From an archaeon (GTDB taxonomy: Archaea > Iainarchaeota > Iainarchaeia > Iainarchaeales > CSSED10-239): a DNA stretch of 32,000 bases. Below are positions 7,867 to 16,212 of the stretch, piece after piece. The position numbers were made by a program, and so were the translations under genes. The stretch's first letter is position 1. The number at the start of each line of letters is the position of its first letter. Below the pieces are notes generated by a model. It was not told where the DNA came from. It made no database searches and saw only the letters and a program-made list of their open reading frames with translations. The stretch spans positions 30,001 to 62,000 of the forward strand of contig JBBABY010000007.1 of NCBI GenBank assembly GCA_041657425.1, read 5' to 3'.

Positions 7867-9312
7867 TTACTCATAATGCCAAGTAGTTCCTGTTGTTGAA
7901 TCACTTAAGATAACTCCTTTCTTTTCAAGTGTGAGTCGAACATTATCTGCTTCTTCCCATTTCTTTAATTTTCTAAATTCATTTCTTTTGTTTATTTGTT
8001 CTTCAATTTCTGGCTTTTGAATTTTTTGTTTTCCTTTTGGAACAGTTTCTTCAAAATTAAAGATTTTAAAAACAAGATTTACTTTTTGTAAAAAATCAAG
8101 TATTACGTTTGCTTCTTCTTTTGATAATTGATTAAGATCCATTAATCTATTTGTTTCTTTAACTAAAAACCAAATATTAGCCCATGCAGAAGGTGTGTTA
8201 AGGTCATCATTCATTGCATTTTTAAAATTCTCAATTGTATTATCAATTATTTCTTTTCCGTAATGTGTATCTTTTTCAATTGCAACTTGTTGTAGTCTTT
8301 TAATATATTTATTTAATCTATCAATTGCAATTTCAGAATCCTCAATTGCTTTTTCTGTATAGTTTTGTGGTTTTCTATAATGTCCAGTACTGAAAAGATA
8401 TCTTAAAGATTCTGCAGAATGATTTTTCAAAAAATTTTCAATAGTAATGAAATTTCCAAGAGATTTTCCCATTTTTTTTCCATCTACCATTAATAAGGCA
8501 GTATGTACCCAGTAATTAACAACATCTTTGCCAAAGTATCCATAATTTTGAGCAATTTCATTTTGATGATGTGGGAAAAGATGTTCAATTCCTCCGCCGT
8601 GCATATCAAATTTTTCTCCTAGATATTTTGTACCCATAACAGAACACTCTAAATGCCAACCTGGATATCCTTCTCCCCAAGGAGATGGCCATTTAAGTAT
8701 GTGCTCTGGTTTTGCTTTAATCCATAATGCGAAGTCTCCTGAGTTCTTTTTTTGTGGATCATTCTCAAATCTTGTATTCTTTTCAAGTTCTTCAATATTT
8801 CTATTTGCAAATTTTCCATAATCTTTAAATTTAGAAATATCATAATAAACATTTCCATTTACTTCGTATGCAAAACCATTTGCTAAAAGTTTTTTTATCC
8901 ACTCTTGCATTTCTGGAATGTGTGCAGAAGCTGTTGGTTCTAGATTTGGTCTTGAAAGTTTGAGGTCATCAAAATACTTCCACATTCTGTGACTATATTT
9001 GTAAACTAATTCCATTGGGTGCATTTTTCTTTCAGTTGCTCTTTTCTCAATCTTATCTTCTCCAGAATCAGTTAGTCCATCATCAGTTAAATGACCAACA
9101 TCAGTTATATTTCTAACATAAAGTATATCAGAGTCTAAAAAATATTTAAAATAATTAATTAATATATCATAATAAATATATGAAAAAGCATGACCTAGAT
9201 GTACGTCATCATAAATAGTTACTCCACAAACATAAATCTTCAAATGGTTTGGAGTTATTGATTTAAAAGATTCTTTCTTTTTAGTTGCAGTGTTATAAAT
9301 TTTAATACTCAT
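7867..9312 (-). CDS. cysS: cysteinyl-tRNA synthetase
   Basis: VCGVTIYDDVHLGHA (HIGH region) and KMGKSLGN (KMSKS region). Length is typical. Confidence 0.9.
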   Translation of the reverse strand: MSIKIYNTATKKKESFKSITPNHLKIYVCGVTIYDDVHLGHAFSYIYYDILINYFKYFLDSDILYVRNITDVGHLTDDGLTDSGEDKIEKRATERKMHPMELVYKYSHRMWKYFDDLKLSRPNLEPTASAHIPEMQEWIKKLLANGFAYEVNGNVYYDISKFKDYGKFANRNIEELEKNTRFENDPQKKNSGDFALWIKAKPEHILKWPSPWGEGYPGWHLECSVMGTKYLGEKFDMHGGGIEHLFPHHQNEIAQNYGYFGKDVVNYWVHTALLMVDGKKMGKSLGNFITIENFLKNHSAESLRYLFSTGHYRKPQNYTEKAIEDSEIAIDRLNKYIKRLQQVAIEKDTHYGKEIIDNTIENFKNAMNDDLNTPSAWANIWFLVKETNRLMDLNQLSKEEANVILDFLQKVNLVFKIFNFEETVPKGKQKIQKPEIEEQINKRNEFRKLKKWEEADNVRLTLEKKGVILSDSTTGTTWHYE

Positions 9313-9383
9313 AGATAATTCACATATTAATATAGAAATTAGATAATATAGTTATTAAAAATATATCTTAATTATATATATTT

Positions 9384-10394
9384 ATGGTAAAGAATAAAAT
9401 TTGTCTTGGAATTGAAAGTACAGCTCACACGTTTGGTGTAGGGATAATTGATTCCAAGGGAAAGATTTTAGCTAATTGTAAAAAACAATATGTAGTTACA
9501 GATAAAGCAGAAGGACTTAAACCTTTTGATGTTTCAATACATCACTATAATTGTGCAGTTGATGTTGTTAAAGAAGCTTTAGTTGTTGCAAAATTAAAGA
9601 TGAAGGATATAGATGTTATTTCTTTCTCAAAAGGTCCTGGACTTTCGCCATGTCTTGCAGTTTCGGCAACTGTTGCTAGATGCTTGTCTGATAAATACAA
9701 TAAACCAATAATTGGAGTTAATCATTGCGTGAGTCACATAGAAATTGGAAAAACAATCCTTAAGTGTAAAGACCCATTAGTGATTTACACTTCTGGAGCA
9801 AACACACAAATTATTGCTAAAGATAAAGGATACTATAAAATACTTGGAGAAACACTTGACATTGGGATTGGAAATTTATTTGATTCATTTGCAAGAGATA
9901 TTGGTTATGGTTTTCCAGGCGGGCCAGTTTTGGATAAAGCATATATGGAAAACAAAAATAGACGCTATATTGAACTTCCATATTCTGTTAAAGGAATGGA
10001 CTTAGCATTTTCTGGTCTTCAAACTGCAGCAAAAAGAAAGATTGCTACAGAAAAAAAAGAAGATCTTATTTATTCATTTATGCATACGGCTTATGCAATG
10101 CTTCTTGAGGTAACAGACAGAGCATTATCGTACACCAAGAAAAAAGAAGTAATTGTTATTGGCGGAGTTGCTGCAAGTAGGGCCTTAGGAGAAATGCTTG
10201 AAAAATTATGTAAGCAAAATAAAGTAAAATTGTACATTCCTCCTGCAATTGTTTGTCTTGACAATGGTTTATTGATTGCAGATCTTGGTATTAAGCATTA
10301 TATTCACACATATAAAGGCAAAGGCGGAATGAAACTAGAAGAAACAATAATCAACCCCAAGTTTAGAACAGATCAAGTGAAAATAGATTGGTGA
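9384..10394 (+). CDS. kae1: tRNA N6-adenosine threonylcarbamoyltransferase Kae1 (not fused to Bud32)
   Basis: LGIESTAHTFGVGII N-terminus, VNHCVSHIE metal-site region, GGVAAS near the C-terminus. Confidence 0.85.
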   Translation: MVKNKICLGIESTAHTFGVGIIDSKGKILANCKKQYVVTDKAEGLKPFDVSIHHYNCAVDVVKEALVVAKLKMKDIDVISFSKGPGLSPCLAVSATVARCLSDKYNKPIIGVNHCVSHIEIGKTILKCKDPLVIYTSGANTQIIAKDKGYYKILGETLDIGIGNLFDSFARDIGYGFPGGPVLDKAYMENKNRRYIELPYSVKGMDLAFSGLQTAAKRKIATEKKEDLIYSFMHTAYAMLLEVTDRALSYTKKKEVIVIGGVAASRALGEMLEKLCKQNKVKLYIPPAIVCLDNGLLIADLGIKHYIHTYKGKGGMKLEETIINPKFRTDQVKIDW

Positions 10395-10401
10395 AAATGA
10401 A

Positions 10402-11430
10402 ATGGAATCAGAGGATTTAATATTTGATTTAATATATGATGCTCTTAAAACAAAAGATAGAAGGAAAAAGATATTATTTAAAGATAGAGAACATAATATA
10501 TCAGAATACGAATTAGAATCTATTAAAAAATATTTACTAACAATTTCACCAAATTATTCTAAAAAATTTTATTCTATCGTTAAGGAATTTAATGCAAATC
10601 AATTGGCTGTATTATTAGAGACAATAAGAAGTTTTAGAAAACAAGAAAGGCCCGCAAATCAATTGATTAGGGAGATAAAAGATATACACAAGGGAATATT
10701 TCCAAGGCATATAAGTTATAAAACAGAATATACTTCTGGTTGTTTAGAAACATATTCTGGTTTTATTAGAGCACTAAATTCAGGAACATTGTATACTGCA
10801 AAAGTTAAGATAAATGGAGAATTAAAAAGAGTTTTTATAAAAACACCAATTGGGCACGTATATAAAAATAGCTCTAATAACCAAGGATTTTTATCATTTG
10901 CAATAGATCCAGAAACAATGAATGTTTATTCTTATAGATTTAACGAAAAAGGGAAAATACATAATGGTTCTTTAGAAGAAGTTTATAATTTTAAAGAATA
11001 TGAAACACAAATGGTCGAACAATATTCTGATGAATCAAAGACGAATTTTAAACAAAATTATCTGGATTTCAGAAAAGAACTTCTTGATAGAATTGATGCA
11101 GTTTATGGAATTGAAAGGGTAGTAGATACCTTTTTAAGAATGGGTGGAAAGGTTGATCCCGAAAAATATTCTAATCCAGAATTTAGAGAAGAAATGATAA
11201 ATTATCTTGAAGAAAAGTTTGGAACTGATAAACTTCTTAATTGGGTTTCAAAAATTAAAGATTCAAAAAAGGCAGCAGAAGTAAAACTTGAGATTTTAAA
11301 AATTCTTTCTATGAAATTTAGACCAGAATTTAGGAAAGCATATAACTCTGAAAATAAAATTGCTGCAAAAGAATATATCAATAGTTTTTCTAAAAGAAAG
11401 ATTATTATTAAACCAAGAAAACCTCTATAA
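10402..11430 (+). CDS. hypothetical protein, starts 7 nt after the kae1 stop
   Basis: ORF track. No kinase or other motif recognised. Confidence 0.55.
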   Translation: MESEDLIFDLIYDALKTKDRRKKILFKDREHNISEYELESIKKYLLTISPNYSKKFYSIVKEFNANQLAVLLETIRSFRKQERPANQLIREIKDIHKGIFPRHISYKTEYTSGCLETYSGFIRALNSGTLYTAKVKINGELKRVFIKTPIGHVYKNSSNNQGFLSFAIDPETMNVYSYRFNEKGKIHNGSLEEVYNFKEYETQMVEQYSDESKTNFKQNYLDFRKELLDRIDAVYGIERVVDTFLRMGGKVDPEKYSNPEFREEMINYLEEKFGTDKLLNWVSKIKDSKKAAEVKLEILKILSMKFRPEFRKAYNSENKIAAKEYINSFSKRKIIIKPRKPL

Positions 11431-11516
11431 AGAAATCTCTTTTTAAACTTATTTGTCTTATTTTTATTAGAGATAAATATATTTTAAAGAATATTAAAAA
11501 TGAGGAGTGAAAAAGA

Positions 11517-11867
11517 ATGAAAGCAAAATTTCATATGGTGAAAAAAGTAGTAGATATGGAAAATCCAAAAAAGAATTCTAAAGAAGAAAAAGATATAGTT
11601 GTTTCAATTGATGAACAGTTTGAATTAGAGGGTGGAATTTATGTATTTAAATTACTTGCAGCTAGATCAAATGGCGCACAAGTAGAATATGATAGACATT
11701 TTCTTGTAAAGGAAGAACACAAAGGTTACGAGTTTAATACATTGTTTTATATGGGCGAACCAAAACAAATAACATCAATGTGGGGAAAGAACCAAATCAC
11801 CTACACAATGACATATCAAGGAACAGTTTTAGACGGTTCTCCAGAAAGTACAGAAAGATTCGAATAG
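11517..11867 (+). CDS. hypothetical protein
   Basis: ORF track. GAGGAGTGA Shine-Dalgarno-like site upstream. Confidence 0.55.
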   Translation: MKAKFHMVKKVVDMENPKKNSKEEKDIVVSIDEQFELEGGIYVFKLLAARSNGAQVEYDRHFLVKEEHKGYEFNTLFYMGEPKQITSMWGKNQITYTMTYQGTVLDGSPESTERFE

Positions 11868-11891
11868 AAGAGTAAAAACAATTTTACTCTT
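11868..11891 (+). terminator. perfect 10-bp stem-loop followed by a T-rich run
   Basis: AAGAGTAAAA-acaa-TTTTACTCTT directly after the stop of ORF 11517-11867. Confidence 0.5.
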
Positions 11892-11921
11892 TTCTCTAGT
11901 TTTAATAATAAAGGAAAAAAA

Positions 11922-12269
11922 ATGTATAAACAAGTTATTATTTTTAGAAACGATTTAAAACTTGGTAAAGGAAAGATTGCTGGTCAAGTAGGCCATGCAG
12001 CAGTTGAATCTTATATTCTAACTTCTAAGAAAGACCCTAATGCCACAGAATATTGGTTAAGAGAAGGTCAAAAGAAAGTTGTTCTAAAGATTGATTCCAA
12101 AAAAGAACTACTTGAATTATATCAATCTATAAAAAATAAATTTCCTTGTGTGTTAATCAAAGACGCAGCATTAACTCAATTACCAGAACCAGACATCACT
12201 TGTCTTGGGATTGGCCCAATTAAGGAAACAGAAATTGATCAATTTACAAGAAAATATAAGCTTTTGTAA
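11922..12269 (+). CDS. pth2: peptidyl-tRNA hydrolase, archaeal Pth2 type
   Basis: 115 aa. KLGKGKIAGQVGHAAV and the C-terminal ITCLGIGP..KYKLL pattern. Confidence 0.85.
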   Translation: MYKQVIIFRNDLKLGKGKIAGQVGHAAVESYILTSKKDPNATEYWLREGQKKVVLKIDSKKELLELYQSIKNKFPCVLIKDAALTQLPEPDITCLGIGPIKETEIDQFTRKYKLL

Positions 12270-12400
12270 ATCTTCTATAGTTGTTAACTATTTCTTCAGA
12301 ATTACAAAAAATTCAATAGGTAGTTTATTATTGTTTAAAATCCTTTATTGTATATATAGATTCCAAAAAGAAAAGAATATAAATACTTATTCATATATAT

Positions 12401-12420
12401 TATTTACTAAATAGTAAATA
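12401..12420. promoter_or_regulatory. 9-bp perfect inverted repeat (TATTTACTA aa TAGTAAATA), candidate operator of the toxin-antitoxin operon
   Basis: Read directly. Ends 10 nt before ATG 12431. Confidence 0.5.
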
Positions 12421-12430
12421 AGTGATACAT

Positions 12431-12751
12431 ATGAATAAAGAAAAAACAAAGAAAATAATAAAAGAGAAAGTAACAAAAACAATTAAAGAGAAATACTCTC
12501 CAACATTAAATACAATCTTGATGGTAGAGAAAACATTACAGGAAATGCCAGATAGTGTGATTAAGATTTCAGAATTAAAAAGGTTATTACCAAAGCAAGT
12601 AAACCATAATACTCTAAAAAATATATTAGAATATTTACAAGAAAGCAATAAGATATTTATTGGAGTAAAAGGAATTGTTTGGATACACAACGATAGTCCT
12701 AAATTAAGAAAAGCAATACTAGATGCTGAAAGAGATGGGCGAATACTATGA
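12431..12751 (+). CDS. putative antitoxin / winged-helix DNA-binding protein
   Basis: Upstream partner of a RelE/ParE-like ORF with a 4-nt ATGA overlap. The track ORF starts at GTG 12422. Confidence 0.5.
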   Translation: MNKEKTKKIIKEKVTKTIKEKYSPTLNTILMVEKTLQEMPDSVIKISELKRLLPKQVNHNTLKNILEYLQESNKIFIGVKGIVWIHNDSPKLRKAILDAERDGRIL

Positions 12752-13101
12752 CAAAACAAGTAAAAATTCGTTATTCAGAAGAAGTAAAAATTGCATTAAA
12801 TTATTTAATAAAAACAAAAGAAAAAAATAAAGTTAATAAATCAATATACAATTCCTTTCTTAAAAAAATAGAATTGATTAAGGAAAATCCGGTGTGTGGA
12901 GACCACATCCCTAAGACCCAAATACCTAAAGAGTACATAACTAATTATGACATAAATAATCTATTTAGATTAGAGCTTGCAAATTATTGGAGGTGCCTAT
13001 ATTCTTTGACTGATAAAAAAGAAAACAAAATAGAAATTATTGCATTTGTAATTGACTTCTTAGATCACAATAAGTACAATAAGAAATTTAAATACAAATA
13101 A
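12748..13101 (+). CDS. RelE/ParE-superfamily toxin-like protein
   Basis: C-terminal pattern LFRLELANYWRCLYSL..ENKIEIIAFVIDFLDHNKY resembles the RelE/ParE core. Confidence 0.55.
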   Translation: MTKQVKIRYSEEVKIALNYLIKTKEKNKVNKSIYNSFLKKIELIKENPVCGDHIPKTQIPKEYITNYDINNLFRLELANYWRCLYSLTDKKENKIEIIAFVIDFLDHNKYNKKFKYK

Positions 13102-13236
13102 CACTAATTCTTGGACACTTTGTGAGCCAACTTGCCGAAGGATATATATATATATATCGGTTTTCTGTTTATTTATAAATTAATAATTAAAAATGGAGAT
13201 GAGCTTAGATGGTTAAAGAGAATATAAAATTTAAGG
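13102..13236 (+). repeat. copy B of the ~135-bp intergenic module (see 1412-1549)
   Basis: Same order of elements as copy A. Begins directly after the toxin stop codon. Confidence 0.75.
13142..13157. repeat. (AT)8 microsatellite flanked by CCGA / TCGG
   Basis: Direct reading. Confidence 0.95.
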
Positions 13237-13643
13237 TAATATCTACTGTAATTAAAAGATTAGAAGAAAGAAAAGCAGAAGACATTTTAAGAGTTAGAAG
13301 AGCTGAAGAAAGAGCTGAAGAAAACGCAAGAGTTAGAAAAGCAGAAAACATTTCAAAAGCCAGAAGAGCTGAAGAAAACGCAAGAGCCAGAAAAGCAGAA
13401 GACATTTCAAAAGCCAGAAGAGCTGAAGAAAAAGCAAGAGTAAGAAAAGCTGAAGACATTTTAAGAGACAGAAGAGCTGAAGAAAAAGCAAGAGTAAGAA
13501 AAGCTGAAGAAATAATAAGACAAGAAAAAGCAAGACTAATAAAAAAACAAGAAGAATTAGACAGACAAAAATACGAATTTCAAGCAAGACAAAGACGAGA
13601 AGAACAGAGAAAAAAGATTATTAATAGAAGATTATATAAATAA
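13209..13643 (+). CDS. highly charged Arg/Glu/Lys/Ala repeat protein (probable single long helix or coiled coil)
   Basis: Five RKAE(D/N)I..(R/K).RRAEE.AR. units. The antisense ORFs are repeat shadows. Confidence 0.6.
   Translation: MVKENIKFKVISTVIKRLEERKAEDILRVRRAEERAEENARVRKAENISKARRAEENARARKAEDISKARRAEEKARVRKAEDILRDRRAEEKARVRKAEEIIRQEKARLIKKQEELDRQKYEFQARQRREEQRKKIINRRLYK
13269..13530 (+). repeat. in-frame tandem repeat with a 54-bp (18-aa) unit, about 4.5 copies; the first copy carries a 12-bp internal duplication
   Basis: Units start at 13269, 13335, 13389, 13443 and 13497. Confidence 0.85.
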
Positions 13644-13647
13644 AAAC

Positions 13648-13804
13648 TATTTATTTATCATTCTTCTTTCTTTTAATTCATTTAGTGCTTTAAGAGCAGA
13701 TTCGTAAAGGCATCTATTTCTTATTTTCTAAAAATAACATTTAAATATCTGTCGCTTTATCATTTTAGTATAAATAATTAAACAATTTTAAATGGAGATG
13801 ATTA
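13648..13804 (+). repeat. copy 1 of a ~157-bp intergenic module (T-rich terminator-like part, TTTAAATA box, AATGGAGATGATTA)
   Basis: Nearly identical to 14647-14803, with about 5 substitutions by eye. Confidence 0.85.
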
Positions 13805-14575
13805 ATGATGGCAGGAGCACCAAAACCAAAAATAGGCATGGCTAAAACACAAATACCTAAAACAGGATCTAAATCAAAAGAAATAGTTGATCGTGTTAAA
13901 AAAGGGGCGGTTACAGGAGGTTTAATTATTGCAACATTATTAGCTAGTAATACTCTAAAGCGAGTTATTGTTAATGATGAGATTGATAAAAAATTAGGAT
14001 CCAAAATATTTCAATATGCCTCTGAATATAAAGCTAAAGGAGATCCTATTTTATTTAGTAAGAATGAAATAGATAAAGCGGTAGAAATATTAAATCAAAG
14101 AGCAAAACCAAACGTAATATTTTTCTTTGATGGATCTAATATAGATAGAATAATCTTGCCAAAATATGTAATAACAACTAGGAAAGCCTTAGGAATATTA
14201 CCGCAAAAATCCCAAGAAAGAATTCAATTAATATTAAAAAAAATAATTTTTGAAAATCTTCATTCTAAAACACAAGATTCTACACAAACTATGGTGGATT
14301 ATTTAAAAATTTTACAAACTGCAGATTATAATAAATTAGAAAGAAAACTTGGTAAAGAAAATGCATTATATTTACAAAAAGCTATAAAAGAAGAAATTTC
14401 TAAACTTTCAACAGATAAACAACTGTACTTAAAAAATATATGTAAAGATTCAACCGCTACCGGAAATAAAATGATGGTTTTTTCTTTTTTAACTTCGGTG
14501 TTTTTGGGGATTTTGTTTAAGCACGCCGCAAAAGATGGAAGTGGTGGTCATGGTGCTGTTGGAGTGTTTGATTAA
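13805..14575 (+). CDS. hypothetical membrane protein (hydrophobic segments near both termini)
   Basis: ORF track. GGAG at 13794-13797 lies 7 nt before the ATG. Confidence 0.55.
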   Translation: MMAGAPKPKIGMAKTQIPKTGSKSKEIVDRVKKGAVTGGLIIATLLASNTLKRVIVNDEIDKKLGSKIFQYASEYKAKGDPILFSKNEIDKAVEILNQRAKPNVIFFFDGSNIDRIILPKYVITTRKALGILPQKSQERIQLILKKIIFENLHSKTQDSTQTMVDYLKILQTADYNKLERKLGKENALYLQKAIKEEISKLSTDKQLYLKNICKDSTATGNKMMVFSFLTSVFLGILFKHAAKDGSGGHGAVGVFD

Positions 14576-14646
14576 TGAATTTATAAGATTTAAAAATCTA
14601 CATTTAGAAGAAGGTTAATAATTAGAAATGTATTAAAGTAAATAAT

Positions 14647-14803
14647 TTATTTATTTATCATTCTTCTTTCTTTTAATTCATTTAGTGCTTTAAGAGCAGA
14701 TTCATATAGGCATCTATTTCTTATTTTCTAAAAATTATATTTAAATATCTGTCGTTTTATCATTTTAGTATAAATAATTAAACAATTTTAAATGGAGATG
14801 ATT
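14647..14803 (+). repeat. copy 2 of the ~157-bp intergenic module
   Basis: See 13648-13804. Confidence 0.85.
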
Positions 14804-15088
14804 ATGGCAATCGCGGAAAAAAGTTTGGCTGATAAAATAAAGTTTTTAGAAAAAGCCGGAGCTGGGTGGGAAGACATATTATGTGGAACCACAACTGTAG
14901 GCGAATATGAGAAAGCTAAAGAAATTATCCTTAAAGATCCAATTATAAATAAGATTTTAAGAGAACATATAAAAGATTACAAAAAGATGACTGTGGCACA
15001 GATTGCAGGAAAATTAAGAGAATTAAAATTAAATAACAGACCAGCAAGAAGAATTCAAAAGCCTGTAATTAGAAGTAGAGCAAAATAA
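14804..15088 (+). CDS. hypothetical small protein
   Basis: The track ORF starts at 14792, but that ATG lies inside the AATGGAGATGATT leader. ATG 14804 is 6 nt after GGAG. Confidence 0.5.
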   Translation: MAIAEKSLADKIKFLEKAGAGWEDILCGTTTVGEYEKAKEIILKDPIINKILREHIKDYKKMTVAQIAGKLRELKLNNRPARRIQKPVIRSRAK

Positions 15089-15093
15089 GTGAA

Positions 15094-15172
15094 TTATTTA
15101 TTTATCATTCTTCTTTCTTTTAATTCGTTTAGTGCTTTAAGAGCTGCTTCATATAGGCATCTATTTCTTAAA
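15094..15172 (+). repeat. copy 3 (partial, ~79 bp) of the 157-bp module
   Basis: ttatttatttatcattcttctttcttttaattc(a/g)tttagtgctttaagagc.. is shared with copies 1 and 2. Confidence 0.8.
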
Positions 15173-15237
15173 CTTTTTTCTTTTTTTGCTTCTCTGTCAA
15201 GAGAGTTTATTATGTCTTCAAGTTCTAAGTATGCCAT
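15094..15237 (-). CDS. small 47-aa ORF (MAYLELEDIINSLDREAKKEKSLRNRCLYEAALKALNELKERRMINK), downstream of hjc
   Basis: Translated by hand; it is below the ORF-track length cutoff. Its last ~25 codons are the antisense of the three-way repeat 15094-15172. Confidence 0.4.
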   Translation of the reverse strand: MAYLELEDIINSLDREAKKEKSLRNRCLYEAALKALNELKERRMINK

Positions 15238-15304
15238 ATTTCTTCACGATTAAAAATATATTTTATTAATATATATTTATGAGAGAAAGAGTATTTAAAG
15301 ACAA

Positions 15305-15706
15305 CTATTTACTTTCAAATTCAGCTATGAACTTATCAAAATGAGTGCCTTTTTCTTTAATTTCTTCTCGTTTTATGGAGTAGGCTTTCTTTGTTTTGTT
15401 AAGCTTATCAATACCAATAAAGAACCATTGGCCTTTTGTTAGCCTCCAAGCAACAAGTGCCTTTAGGCCACTAAGTTTTTCCCAAAGTTGAAGTTCCTCT
15501 ACTTGTTCTTGCCTAATGTTTAAATATTCCCCCTTTTTTGTCTTGCATTCAATAGCTATCGCTTTACCTGCTTTAAAAGCTAAGACATCAGGCGTAGGAA
15601 GCTGAGAAGAGCCAGACCCTGCCACTCTAGACACTGCAAAACCCTTGTTAAATAGGTCAAATAATAGTTCTCTTTCAGCGTTTGAGCCTTTTTGCTTGTT
15701 TTTCAT
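15305..15706 (-). CDS. hjc: Holliday junction resolvase Hjc
   Basis: KGSNAERELLFDLFNKGFAVSRVAGSG, PDVLAFK, IAIECKTKK catalytic pattern. Confidence 0.85.
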   Translation of the reverse strand: MKNKQKGSNAERELLFDLFNKGFAVSRVAGSGSSQLPTPDVLAFKAGKAIAIECKTKKGEYLNIRQEQVEELQLWEKLSGLKALVAWRLTKGQWFFIGIDKLNKTKKAYSIKREEIKEKGTHFDKFIAEFESK

Positions 15707-15898
15707 AGTAATTTTCCATAATTAAAAGATTATTATTAAATAAAAAATAAGGGTTTTATTTATATACTTTTTCATATATTAATATATTATAGTAATATAA
15801 ACAAACAATAAATTTATATTTATATTCAAAAATTAAAAGATTAGAAAATTAGAATTAAAAGAAGATTTAACTTTTATAAGGAATTTGAGATAAACAAG

Positions 15899-16120
15899 AT
15901 GTTTACAAAGAGCCAAATAGTAAATTTACAAGTTATTTGTAATACAGATAAACAAGAACTACAAAAGATTGATGATAATACTTATAAACTAAAAATAAGA
16001 AGCCAAGCGTTAAAAGGCAAGGCAAACAAGGAAATCTTTGAGTTTTTCAAAGAGAAAGGATATAACATAGAGATAGTAAAAGGCGAAAAATCAAATAAAA
16101 AATTGATAAAAATCCTTTAA
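15899..16120 (+). CDS. DUF167/YggU-family small protein
   Basis: LKIRSQALKGKANKEIFEFF...IEIVKGEKSNKKLIKI fits the DUF167 pattern. Confidence 0.6.
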   Translation: MFTKSQIVNLQVICNTDKQELQKIDDNTYKLKIRSQALKGKANKEIFEFFKEKGYNIEIVKGEKSNKKLIKIL

Positions 16121-16212
16121 ATTTATGTCCTTTTAAAAGTTAAAAGTCTTCTATTTTTCTAGTGTCTAGTCTATTTTTGAATGTTACAAAAACAGAAAGG
16201 AGACATTTTAAA

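Noticed and set aside
13205-13587. Two 84-aa minus-strand ORFs (13205-13459 and 13333-13587)
   Set aside because: They are antisense shadows of the 54-bp tandem repeat. Their Leu/Phe/Ser repeats mirror the AGA/GAA-rich sense strand, which has a proper SD and start.
13648-15172. CRISPR-like reading of the three direct repeats
   Set aside because: The repeats are 79-157 bp, which is far too long. There are only three copies, the spacers are ~0.3-0.85 kb and contain whole genes, and no cas genes are present.
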